Assembly (NCBI GenBank): GCA_964551605.1
Contig: CAZKCV010000006.1
Location: 70-64,069, forward strand
From: an uncultured Gammaproteobacteria bacterium
Lineage (GTDB): Bacteria; Patescibacteriota; Microgenomatia; Daviesbacterales; UBA10151
Length of the DNA stretch: 64,000 nt
Direction: 5' to 3'
Shown here: one piece after another, positions 55,490 to 64,000 of the stretch
Numbering within the stretch: the stretch's first letter is position 1
Layout: the number at the start of each line of letters is the position of its first letter
Position numbers and translations under genes: made by a program
Notes under the pieces: generated by a model
What the model saw: only the letters and a program-made list of their open reading frames with translations
Told to the model about the DNA's origin: nothing
Database searches by the model: none

Positions 55490-55577
55490 AGGTTATATTA
55501 TATCACTCTAAGCCGGCACCATCCAGCGGATTTGCATTTAGTGGTTAGTTCTAATAGAATAAATTAAGAACCTATTT

Positions 55578-55949
55578 ATGGAATATCTTTCGCTCATCCC
55601 GGCTACGGCCCTGGGCTATTTAACTCTCAGGGTGACTACCCATCCGACTGCCCGCATCAGGAAGAAACTGCCTAATATCAAAACCGGAAGGGTCCAGGTT
55701 TTCCCGGTGCTGCGGTTTAGAATTTTTAACCGGGTGATCCATTTGCACCATTGGTTTTCATTTTCCATCATTCTGGTATTGTCATTTTTCATTTCCATGG
55801 GCATAGTCGACTACATTGTCACCAAAGGCCTGCTCTTAGGCGGGATTATCCATGGTTTAACCGTGCCTAGGTCCCACCGCAGGATCATTTATAAAAACTA
55901 CTCAATGGAAAAAATGATTGCCTTGGATAAAAATATCACCCGTGAGTAA
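55578..55949 (+). CDS. hypothetical membrane protein
   Basis: 123 aa, 2 TM. Confidence 0.3.
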   Translation: MEYLSLIPATALGYLTLRVTTHPTARIRKKLPNIKTGRVQVFPVLRFRIFNRVIHLHHWFSFSIILVLSFFISMGIVDYIVTKGLLLGGIIHGLTVPRSHRRIIYKNYSMEKMIALDKNITRE

Positions 55950-56493
55950 TCTCCTGGTTATTTTAACCGGTAAAACAGCAGCAGGCAAAGATACTGCTAT
56001 TTCAAAACTTTTATCAAGGCTACCGGATTTTAGGAAGATTTTAACCACCACCAGCCGGGCCCCCAGGAATGGGGAAAGAAATGGGGTGGATTATCATTTC
56101 ATCTCCCGGGAAGAATTTCAGCAGAAAATTGCAAATGGTGATTTTATTGAGTTCGTAGAATACGGCGGCAATTTGTACGGCACTGAAAAAAGCTTATTCC
56201 GCAGTCACAATGGCCTAATCTGGAAGATAGACCCTTCCCGGGCCGGTAAAGTAAGAGAACTGATTAGTGAACCCCTTACGGTTATTTATCTGACTGTATC
56301 TGATGATGTGGTTTTGGAAAGGCTCCGGAGAAGAGGGCTAAACAAAGAGGAAATTGAAAAAAGAATGGCTGATGATAAAAAAATGTGGGAAGAAAATAAG
56401 GCTAACTATGACTATATAGTAGAAAATACCCCAAATGAGCTGGCAAAAACAGTTGACAAAATTATTGAAATAATAGAGAATCAGCACTCTTAA
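55918..56493 (+). CDS. gmk: guanylate kinase-like protein
   Basis: 'TTTSRAPRNGERNGVDYHFIS' and 'EFVEYGGNLYGT'; atypical P-loop 'TGKTAAGKDT'. The true start may be the GTG at 55942. Confidence 0.6.
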   Translation: MPWIKISPVSNLLVILTGKTAAGKDTAISKLLSRLPDFRKILTTTSRAPRNGERNGVDYHFISREEFQQKIANGDFIEFVEYGGNLYGTEKSLFRSHNGLIWKIDPSRAGKVRELISEPLTVIYLTVSDDVVLERLRRRGLNKEEIEKRMADDKKMWEENKANYDYIVENTPNELAKTVDKIIEIIENQHS

Positions 56494-56504
56494 ATTACTC
56501 TGCC

Positions 56505-57479
56505 ATGAAGCTGATAGGCCAAAAAGGGCTCATCCCTATCATCATTATCCTTGCGGTTTCCATAGTTTCTGCTGCTTTGTTGATCGCGTCTAACCAAACC
56601 ACAAAACCTACCCAAATGGCTAAAGCAGCTGCAGTGGTTACACCCGGCCCCACACCCTTACCTTCCCCTGAACTTCCCCCAACTCCTAGTCCTATAGCTG
56701 TAGCCTCGCAAGGCGTCACCCCCACACCAACCCCTTCGATTGTTCCATCAGTGGCTTCCCAGCCGGTAATTAATAATGCCCTGCCCGGCAGCGGCTTTTC
56801 TAATCAAAATGTCAGTGTTGACGGCTATACCTACCCGGTAGCTATTATTGCTGCTGACTTAAATTCTACCAGAGTGATCGTGGATACGGCTTCCGAATCT
56901 GATTGCGGCAACAGCTGTCCGGTTTTATCCCTGGCAGATTATGCATCCCGAAATGGTGCCTATGCCGGCATCAACGGCTCATATTTTTGCCCGGCAGATT
57001 ATGCAAGCTGTGCCGGAAAAACCAATTCCTTTGATACCCTTTTAATGAATAAGGGTAAACGCTATTTTAATTCAGATAATAATGTCTATTCCACTGTTCC
57101 GGCTGCCATTTTTTCAGCCGGCTCAGCCAGGTTTGTAGGCCAATCCCTGGAATGGGGCCGGGATACCGGACCGGACAGTGTTATTGCTAATTACCCCTTA
57201 CTTATTGCAGGCGCCAATATTAACTTCACAGAGGTTCCCAATGAGCCTAAATTCGGCAATAAAGCTCCGAGAACATTCATAGCAGCCAAGGGTAATATGG
57301 TCTACATCGGAATTGTCTATAAAGCCACCATGGGTGAATCAGCCAAGGTCTTAAAAGCCTTGGGTATGGATGGAGCGTTAAACCTGGACCAGGGCGGCTC
57401 CACAGCCCTCTGGTCCGGAGGCTACAAGGCCGGCCCCGGCCGCAGCATTCCAAATGCAATACTTTTTGTTAATCGTTAA
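56505..57479 (+). CDS. secreted phosphodiester glycosidase (NAGPA-like) domain protein
   Basis: Signal peptide, Pro/Thr linker, 'ALNLDQGGSTALW'. Confidence 0.5.
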   Translation: MKLIGQKGLIPIIIILAVSIVSAALLIASNQTTKPTQMAKAAAVVTPGPTPLPSPELPPTPSPIAVASQGVTPTPTPSIVPSVASQPVINNALPGSGFSNQNVSVDGYTYPVAIIAADLNSTRVIVDTASESDCGNSCPVLSLADYASRNGAYAGINGSYFCPADYASCAGKTNSFDTLLMNKGKRYFNSDNNVYSTVPAAIFSAGSARFVGQSLEWGRDTGPDSVIANYPLLIAGANINFTEVPNEPKFGNKAPRTFIAAKGNMVYIGIVYKATMGESAKVLKALGMDGALNLDQGGSTALWSGGYKAGPGRSIPNAILFVNR

Positions 57480-57489
57480 GTTTTAATCC

Positions 57490-58273
57490 AACCCCCGGTG
57501 TTAGATAGCTTCAAACCTAAGGATTATTCCAGGGTTAGATGTTTTATCCTATTAAGTTGTCTTTGGTAATCTGCTTGGTCTAATACAAACTGATAATATC
57601 TCTCTGAGCTTTTGCAGAAATTCAGTATGTCTCTTGTTTGTATAAATGGGTATATCGCACCTGCATTTAGGTAGGTTCCGAAGGAAGACCACTTATATTC
57701 TAATAATTTTTCAGGTTCAACTATATAATCGGTAGCAGGGTTTAGGTGTATATACCTGGAGACATGCAACAACTGTTCATCCGTCACAATCCTGACCGCC
57801 TTAAACATAGATTGAAATAATGGGCCAACCCGTTCATTTTTAATATTTAAGTATTTGGCATAACCGTTTTGTAAATTAGACAGGAAAACAGAAATCCCTT
57901 TTTCTGTTAATTGTTTCAATAAAAAATGAAAATGATTGGGCATTAGACAAAAAGCTAGTATTTCTACATGAGTCTTATTTTCTTTCTTTAATCCCTCTAA
58001 AATTTTCTCTCTGAGATCTCTCGGCATCTTCTTGAATTGAGAAAAACTGGTAGGTGTATCAACAAAACGGTAATAGTCAACTAATTCCAGGAACCTTTGA
58101 TAATCGCTATTAGAATAAAATATTGGTAAAGCTGCTACTCCTCTATTATAGACATGGTAAATCTGATCCTGAGCCAGGATGACTTTTCTATATGGCATAT
58201 CCCCATATTATCAGAGTTGTTAACTTTTTCAAGAGTTAATCCTTAGGTTGGAACGTAACTAACACCCGGTGTT
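57490..58273 (-). mobile_element. IS200/IS605-like minimal element 2 (hairpin-IR ... IR-hairpin)
   Basis: AACCCCCGGTGTT (57490-57502) plus AACCTAAGG (57514-57522) on the left. CCTTAGGTT (58241-58249) plus AACACCCGGTGTT (58261-58273) on the right. Confidence 0.55.
57524..58198 (-). CDS. tnpA: Y1 HUH transposase (paralog of 18743..19420)
   Basis: 'CLMPNHFHFLL', 'VSRYIHLNP', shared C-terminal 'IKHLTLE'. Confidence 0.7.
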   Translation of the reverse strand: MPYRKVILAQDQIYHVYNRGVAALPIFYSNSDYQRFLELVDYYRFVDTPTSFSQFKKMPRDLREKILEGLKKENKTHVEILAFCLMPNHFHFLLKQLTEKGISVFLSNLQNGYAKYLNIKNERVGPLFQSMFKAVRIVTDEQLLHVSRYIHLNPATDYIVEPEKLLEYKWSSFGTYLNAGAIYPFIQTRDILNFCKSSERYYQFVLDQADYQRQLNRIKHLTLE

Positions 58274-58360
58274 GGAGATTTGTTGCTGGAGGTTTTAGGC
58301 CTTACTTTTTTGTTACCCAATATTGATATAAACCTTATCCTTATCCTGTAGCATTTCTTT

Positions 58361-59182
58361 ATGCCTGAGACTGATGATAGAAACGAAGATGCAGGATATA
58401 CCCGCCGGGAGTTCACCAGAGAATCAGCAATGATCCTTTTAAGGGGGCTAGGAGTGGGTATGATGGGTGGGTTCTATTTGAGTATTATTTTAGCTCTTCG
58501 AAAAGCAGGGTATGTACCGGAAAACAATTTGTATCCCAAATCCAGAAATCTACCACCCTTTTTATATCTTGACCCTCCGGTAGAACCCCGGCCTTCACCT
58601 ATCAGGGATTGTTTGCCCGGGGAAGGAACAGGTACCCCCTCTCTCTCCGAAAGGGCTGAAGAGATAGGAATTGGAAGACTTAAATTTCTTAAAGAAATCA
58701 TCCCGCAATATATAAATCTAAATGGTTCACTTAAGGATTATAATCCCGGGGAAGATGCCGGAGTTTTAAGACTTGATTTAGATTCCAAACTTAAGGCAAA
58801 AACGGCTTATGACTTGTTTTACCATGCTTCGCCCCACCAGCCTGTTTCAAGATACACTTTAGCCTTTGACGACCCAAAACCCACAAATGCCCACCAGTAC
58901 TTTTCACTGGATGTCCATTACCCACGGTGTACAGAACCTGAAACAGTTGTTATTAAAGGAATCCTTTCAAATTTCCCATACAGTACTATCTTAAGAAGAA
59001 GGCTCCAACCCATTGCGGAGAGCTATTTTAATTTCTCAAAGCAGACACAGTGGCTTAATGGCAGAAGAAAGTTCAGCGGCACTGCAGAAGAAAATGCCGT
59101 AAAAGCTATTGATCCGCTCCGACGCGTAGATTTTTTACTGGAAGAAAGTAAAAAATTCATGCTGGTAGCCAACATTCATTGA
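58361..59182 (+). CDS. hypothetical membrane-anchored protein
   Basis: 273 aa, one TM. Confidence 0.35.
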   Translation: MPETDDRNEDAGYTRREFTRESAMILLRGLGVGMMGGFYLSIILALRKAGYVPENNLYPKSRNLPPFLYLDPPVEPRPSPIRDCLPGEGTGTPSLSERAEEIGIGRLKFLKEIIPQYINLNGSLKDYNPGEDAGVLRLDLDSKLKAKTAYDLFYHASPHQPVSRYTLAFDDPKPTNAHQYFSLDVHYPRCTEPETVVIKGILSNFPYSTILRRRLQPIAESYFNFSKQTQWLNGRRKFSGTAEENAVKAIDPLRRVDFLLEESKKFMLVANIH

Positions 59183-59231
59183 AACCTAAAACCTTTCTTT
59201 TTCCAGCCTGAAGTATTAGAATACGCAGACT

Positions 59232-60287
59232 ATGGGTGTTTCAAAGTTTCTGAAGCTGTCTAAGAAAAAACTGATTATTTTGGCAGTCATAATTATTATT
59301 GCTTCAGCAGGCTTTTATTTCTACAGCCGGCCAAAGCAGGATTCCCTGCAATTTGTTGAAGTCAGAAGACAGGAGATAAAATCCATAGTTTCTTCTTCCG
59401 GAAATCTGACCGGTAAAAACAGCGCAGATCTAAAATTTATGTTACCCGGAAAATTGACCTTTATTAATGTAAAAACCGGAGACAATGTCTTTGCAGGCCA
59501 GGTGCTGGCCGGCTTGGATACCCAGCAGCTTGCTATTGAACTGCAGCAGGCCCAAAATAACCTCCGGGATAAACAGGCTACCACGGATAGAGTTATAGAT
59601 GACATTCACCTTTTTCAATACGGTAACGGCGGATTCGCTAACGTGGGAACTGAAAATGAAACCATGACCCAAAGGCAGCTTCGGACAACTGCTGAAGCAG
59701 CCCGGGATAATGCCTTTGATGCCATAAAATTAGTGCAGCGGGGCTTCCAGGATACCGTAATTATTTCTCCCCTGAGCGGTCTGGTTACTCAGGCTGCTGA
59801 GCTGCCTAATCAGGTAGTAACGGCTGTTGATCTAATTGTCCAGGTAGTAGATACCACGGCTATTTATTTTGATACTGATATTGATGAAGCTGATATCAGT
59901 AAAATTCAGACAGGACAACCGGCTGAAGTTATCCTGGATGCTTATCCGGAAGATACTTTTAATGGTACCGTCGAGCAGATTCTGCCCCAGACTAAAACCA
60001 CTTCCCAAGGAGCTAAAGTAGTAACTATCAGGATCAGGCTGGATAATCCACCGGCAACTTTTATCAATGGCTTAACCGGCCAGGCTGATATCATTATTGA
60101 ATCCGTAAAAGGCTCTTTAACTATTCCGATAGAAGCGCTTCGTGATGATAATACGGTCCTGGTCCGGGAAGAAAAAGACCTGGTTCCCCGTAAAGTTACC
60201 CCTGGGATTATTTCTGAAACTGATGTGGAAATTAAATCCGGATTAAAGACAGGTGAAAAAGTGCAGCTTAATCCGCCCTCACCATGA
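59232..60287 (+). CDS. efflux adaptor (HlyD/MacA-like membrane fusion protein)
   Basis: N-terminal TM, biotinyl-like 'VKTGDNVFAGQVLAGLD', coiled coil, beta-barrel tail. Confidence 0.7.
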   Translation: MGVSKFLKLSKKKLIILAVIIIIASAGFYFYSRPKQDSLQFVEVRRQEIKSIVSSSGNLTGKNSADLKFMLPGKLTFINVKTGDNVFAGQVLAGLDTQQLAIELQQAQNNLRDKQATTDRVIDDIHLFQYGNGGFANVGTENETMTQRQLRTTAEAARDNAFDAIKLVQRGFQDTVIISPLSGLVTQAAELPNQVVTAVDLIVQVVDTTAIYFDTDIDEADISKIQTGQPAEVILDAYPEDTFNGTVEQILPQTKTTSQGAKVVTIRIRLDNPPATFINGLTGQADIIIESVKGSLTIPIEALRDDNTVLVREEKDLVPRKVTPGIISETDVEIKSGLKTGEKVQLNPPSP

Positions 60288-60952
60288 ACAGCTTAGTTAA
60301 AATTATAAAGGTAAATAAAATCTATCAAAGCGGTGAGGTTTCCTTTCAGGCTCTAAAAAATATCAGCCTGATTGTTAAAAAAAAGGAATTTGTGGCTATT
60401 ATCGGCGCTTCCGGTTCCGGTAAGTCAACTTTGATGAATATCATCGGTTTACTGGATAAACCTACTACCGGTATCTATGAACTGGAAGGGATAAATACTT
60501 CAAAGCTGGAAGAAAATGAGCTGGCCGGCATCCGCAATAAAAGAGTCGGTTTTGTTTTTCAGTCATTTAATTTATTGCCCAGGACCACCGCTTTGGATAA
60601 TGTGGCTATGCCGTTAATCTACGGCGAGGTAGCTAAGGAAGAAAGATTGCAAAGAGCAGAGTTAGCCCTAAAACAGGTGGGATTGGAAGATAAACTCAGC
60701 TCACATCCTAACCAGCTTTCAGGGGGGCAACAGCAGCGGGTGGCAATTGCCAGGGCTTTGGTTAATAACCCGGAAATTATTCTGGCAGATGAGCCGACCG
60801 GTAATTTAGATACCAAAAGCGGCAGGGAAATTATGGATATCTTTAAAAGGCTTAACAGAGAAGGTAAGACTATTATCATGATTACCCATGAAAAAGATAT
60901 TGCCAAAAATGCCAAAAGAGTGATCCGGATAAAAGACGGAGAGATAAAATAA
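60284..60952 (+). CDS. ABC transporter ATP-binding protein (MacB/LolD-type)
   Basis: 'GASGSGKST', '[15 protein letters not shown]', '[11 protein letters not shown]'. Confidence 0.85.
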   Translation: MNSLVKIIKVNKIYQSGEVSFQALKNISLIVKKKEFVAIIGASGSGKSTLMNIIGLLDKPTTGIYELEGINTSKLEENELAGIRNKRVGFVFQSFNLLPRTTALDNVAMPLIYGEVAKEERLQRAELALKQVGLEDKLSSHPNQLSGGQQQRVAIARALVNNPEIILADEPTGNLDTKSGREIMDIFKRLNREGKTIIMITHEKDIAKNAKRVIRIKDGEIK

Positions 60953-62142
60953 TGGATATTTTTGAAACCACCAGATTAGCCTTAAATGCTATTTTAGCCA
61001 ATAGAATGCGCTCTTTTTTAACTATGCTTGGCATAGTGATTGGTGTCACTTCGGTGATTTTACTGATTGCCGTGGTCTCCGGATTACAAACTTTTATCAC
61101 CGGCCAGATCCAGGGATTGGGATCCAATTTAATGTTTGTCATGCCGGGCCGGATTGGAGGTGCCAGATCTCCCGGAGGGATACAAGCGAACCGTTTGGTT
61201 TATACAGATGCCGTTACTTTAAGAAACAGATTAAAAACTGAAGCAGAGGTATCTGCTGCCATTCAGAGAAATGCCACCCTAAAATTCGGCAATAAACTGG
61301 ATAAAGATGTTTCCGTTTTCGGAGTAGAAACCAATTACCCAAAAATTATCACCCTGGAAATTACCAAAGGCAGGTTTTTCCGGGAATCTGAGCAAAGAGC
61401 CACCAGAAGGGTGGCAGTTATCGGCCGGACAGTAGAGACTAACCTGTTTGATGAAAGAGAAATGCTGGGCAAAACCATTGATGTGGCCGGATTAAAATAT
61501 ATAGTGATTGGGACCTTATCTCAAAGAGGTTCCATATTCGGAGTAGACCTGGATAATTCCATCTATGTGCCATTTTCCACTGCTGAAAGACAGTTTGGGC
61601 TGGACCGGCTGAATACTATTTATATTACTGCCAACAGGTCAGATGATGTAAAAACCGTCCAAAAAAAGGCTACTGATATCCTAAAGAAAAGATTATCAGA
61701 AGATGAATTTTCCGTCCAAACCCAGGAACAAACTTTGTCTACCATCTCCCAAATTACCGGGGTATTAACAGCTGCTTTAGGCGGTATTGCAGCCATCTCC
61801 TTAATTGTCGGCGGCATCGGCATTATGAATATCATGCTGGTTTCAGTAACTGAACGAACCAGGGAGATCGGGCTGCGGAAAGCTGTCGGAGCCAGACCTG
61901 CTGATATCAGAAACCAGTTTCTGATTGAGGCAGTAATTCTTTCGGGACTGGGAGGAATTATCGGTATTATCTTAGGAGTTGGTTTTGCTTTGATCATCGG
62001 CAGGTTTTTTACTACCACTATCCCCTGGTGGTCAATAATGCTGTCTTTTGGTTTTTCCATGCTGGTAGGAGTCATTTTTGGGGTTGCCCCGGCCATCAGA
62101 GCTGCGAAACTAAACCCCATCCAGGCTCTAAGGTATGAATAA
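60952..62142 (+). CDS. ABC transporter permease (MacB periplasmic core plus FtsX domain)
   Basis: 4 TM, large periplasmic loop, FtsX-like C-terminal helices. Confidence 0.8.
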   Translation: MDIFETTRLALNAILANRMRSFLTMLGIVIGVTSVILLIAVVSGLQTFITGQIQGLGSNLMFVMPGRIGGARSPGGIQANRLVYTDAVTLRNRLKTEAEVSAAIQRNATLKFGNKLDKDVSVFGVETNYPKIITLEITKGRFFRESEQRATRRVAVIGRTVETNLFDEREMLGKTIDVAGLKYIVIGTLSQRGSIFGVDLDNSIYVPFSTAERQFGLDRLNTIYITANRSDDVKTVQKKATDILKKRLSEDEFSVQTQEQTLSTISQITGVLTAALGGIAAISLIVGGIGIMNIMLVSVTERTREIGLRKAVGARPADIRNQFLIEAVILSGLGGIIGIILGVGFALIIGRFFTTTIPWWSIMLSFGFSMLVGVIFGVAPAIRAAKLNPIQALRYE

Positions 62143-63183
62143 TTACTTCGCCAATTGTTCCTTAAAGTACTCCACCCAGGGAATCAAGCTGGGATCTAAG
62201 CCGTAAGAAAATGCGAGGTACAAACTTACATAGCCCCCGAATGATAATACATTCAGCATCTGGGATAGTTTAGAACTACCCTGGGGTTTGTATTCATCAA
62301 AGATAACTTCATTTTTTCCCACCACATCCTTAGTAAGTTCCACTCTCTTTTTTAGCTTATCAGAATAAAAATCTGAGGTGACGAATAAAACAAAAAGTTT
62401 CTTACCTGCCGGATTTTTCAGACCTTCCAGCAGATGATGATTTAATTCCGGCAGCAGGGAAAAGGTAGAAAAGCTTTTGGAGGTTTCATTAAACTGGTTT
62501 CTCATAATATGAGCATTACCTGATAAAAACTCAGCTGCCATTAGCACCTGCATAAAATCCTTCATCTTCTCCGCAAGAGCTTTGGCTTTTGATTTGATAT
62601 CTTCGCTATTTGCCTCCAGTTCTGAAATTGCCTGATCAACTTCTGCATCAGAGACAGATAAAATTCCCAGTCTATTCAAGATAGCCATAGTCCCAATCAC
62701 CATGTAACCTGTTCCTAATCTGGGCTGGCCTGAAGGATTAAATTTCGGATCAAATACCAAACCGGGGAAATTTTTAAATAGCTCCATTAATTTACCGCCT
62801 CCGGTAATACCGGTTATTTTCAGATTTTTTTCTTGAGCCGCGGCAGCACACGATAAAACTTCTTCTGTTGATCCGGAGTAACTGGAGAGAAAAATCAGGC
62901 TTTTTTCACTAACAAAACCGGGTAATTGGTAATCATTATCGGAAATAATCGGAGCTTTTAAGGAGTCTTTAAAAAGCGAAGAAATGATGTAGCCGCCATA
63001 AGCAGATCCACCCATGCCACAAAGAAGAACATTTTGGAAATCCTGGTAATCCGGCGGAAATTCTATTTTTTTAGCCTCTGTCCAGATTTGTTTGCATTGA
63101 TCCGCCAGCATACCTGTTGAACCAAGTACATCCTTAGGATCCAAACTATTCATGCTAATCATACTACCATAGACTAAAGACAA
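62143..63183 (-). CDS. bifunctional phosphoglucose/phosphomannose isomerase-type SIS domain protein
   Basis: Two SIS-like halves, 'LLCGMGGSAYGGYI'. Confidence 0.55.
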   Translation of the reverse strand: MSLVYGSMISMNSLDPKDVLGSTGMLADQCKQIWTEAKKIEFPPDYQDFQNVLLCGMGGSAYGGYIISSLFKDSLKAPIISDNDYQLPGFVSEKSLIFLSSYSGSTEEVLSCAAAAQEKNLKITGITGGGKLMELFKNFPGLVFDPKFNPSGQPRLGTGYMVIGTMAILNRLGILSVSDAEVDQAISELEANSEDIKSKAKALAEKMKDFMQVLMAAEFLSGNAHIMRNQFNETSKSFSTFSLLPELNHHLLEGLKNPAGKKLFVLFVTSDFYSDKLKKRVELTKDVVGKNEVIFDEYKPQGSSKLSQMLNVLSFGGYVSLYLAFSYGLDPSLIPWVEYFKEQLAK

Positions 63184-63214
63184 AAAAAATGGTATTTTGT
63201 AACCGCCTCAAACT

Positions 63215-63940
63215 ATGAAAATTTATTTTCTGGGAACAAATGGCTGGTATACAACTCCCACCGGCAATACTCCCTGTATTCTGATAGACAGTCAGGAAGG
63301 TTATGTACTTTTTGATGCCGGAAATGGCTTTTATAAAATTGATGAATATATCAAGGATGATAAGCCTATTTCCCTTTTCCTTTCCCACTTTCACTTAGAT
63401 CATGTTTCAGGCCTGCATATGCTGTCAAAATTTAACTTCAGCCAACCAATCAATATTTACCTGGCCAAAGGCAGAAAAAAGGATTTTGAAACACTTTTTA
63501 ATGCTCCGTACACAGATCCTAATGTTAATATTAAAGTCCACGAGCTTGAGGAGGGCAAAAATGAAGTCGGCTTTCCGGTCGAAATGTTCCGGATGAAACA
63601 TACATATGAAGATCATAGTTTCAGAATGAGTCTGGAAGGGAAAATAATTGCTTATTCCGGAGATACCGGAATCTGTGACAATTCAAAACTGCTTGCACAT
63701 AATGCTGATATATTGATTCATGAATGCTCGTATATAAAAATCACAGACAACTGGGGACATGTTGATCCGGAACTGGCTGCAACCTTAGCAAAAGAAGCGG
63801 ATGCTAAAAAGTTAATCCTGACTCATTTTGATGCTTCCCGCTATACTGACCTGGAAAAAAGGAAATGGGCAGAGGAAGAAGCCAAAAAAATATTTCCCAA
63901 TACAATAGCAGCAGATGATAACCTAGTTATTGAGCTTTAA
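63215..63940 (+). CDS. MBL-fold metallo-hydrolase (RNase Z/BN-like)
   Basis: 'SHFHLDHVSGL' HxHxDH motif. Confidence 0.65.
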   Translation: MKIYFLGTNGWYTTPTGNTPCILIDSQEGYVLFDAGNGFYKIDEYIKDDKPISLFLSHFHLDHVSGLHMLSKFNFSQPINIYLAKGRKKDFETLFNAPYTDPNVNIKVHELEEGKNEVGFPVEMFRMKHTYEDHSFRMSLEGKIIAYSGDTGICDNSKLLAHNADILIHECSYIKITDNWGHVDPELAATLAKEADAKKLILTHFDASRYTDLEKRKWAEEEAKKIFPNTIAADDNLVIEL

Positions 63941-64000
63941 TCAGGCTATTCCAGTCAGAGGCAAAGCGGTCAATACCGGCATCAGTCATCTCATGGGTAA

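Overview
This is a roughly 40% GC bacterial window of about 64 kb. Most of it is densely packed with protein-coding genes, which are interrupted by several tRNA loci and repeat-rich intergenic islands. Gene content points to a small-genome, possibly CPR/Patescibacteria-like organism, but that assignment is an inference. Supporting features are a bifunctional PGI/PMI SIS-domain protein, several GT-C-like polytopic membrane proteins, two ECF sigma / DUF5667-like anti-sigma / DUF5666-like modules, and a MacAB-type exporter without an outer-membrane partner.

Confidently recognisable genes:
- A minus-strand operon of a membrane-anchored sensor fused to trehalose-6-P synthase (GT20), trehalose-6-P phosphatase and an (alpha/alpha)6 glycoside hydrolase.
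- Housekeeping and envelope functions: fabD-like acyltransferase, msrA-msrB, rhomboid protease, S41 peptidase, formate-THF ligase, UDP-glucuronate decarboxylase-like SDR, Y-family DNA polymerase, DEAD-box helicase, tRNA-dihydrouridine synthase, guanylate kinase-like protein, MacA/MacB-like ABC exporter and an MBL-fold hydrolase.
- Two class-II Fic proteins, each behind an unusually strong promoter/operator.
- Two paralogous IS200/IS605-type Y1 (HUH) transposase genes, each bracketed by GC-rich hairpins.
- Six tRNAs: Leu-TAA, Pro-TGG, Gly-TCC, His-GTG on the plus strand, Arg-TCT on the minus strand, and a 17-bp duplicate of the tRNA-Pro 3' end.

The most unusual signals:
1. A dispersed REP-like family (GC hairpin plus TTAGGTTGACACC tail), apparently related to the Y1-transposase element ends. 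Copies are fused in-frame into dinB, supply the C-terminal codons and stop of the dus gene, supply the C-terminal codons and stop of a TerC-like gene, and cluster around tRNA-Arg.
2. A 3.5-kb mosaic of duplicated noncoding segments plus a duplicated 54-aa gene downstream of tRNA-Gly, with a consensus sigma70 promoter firing antisense through the small gene.
3. An SD-sequestering hairpin ahead of a TTG-initiated RRM protein gene.
4. An ECF sigma gene whose homology continues 42 codons upstream of its ATG to a TAA with no canonical start codon.

No CRISPR array, rRNA or recognisable prophage or integrase was seen.
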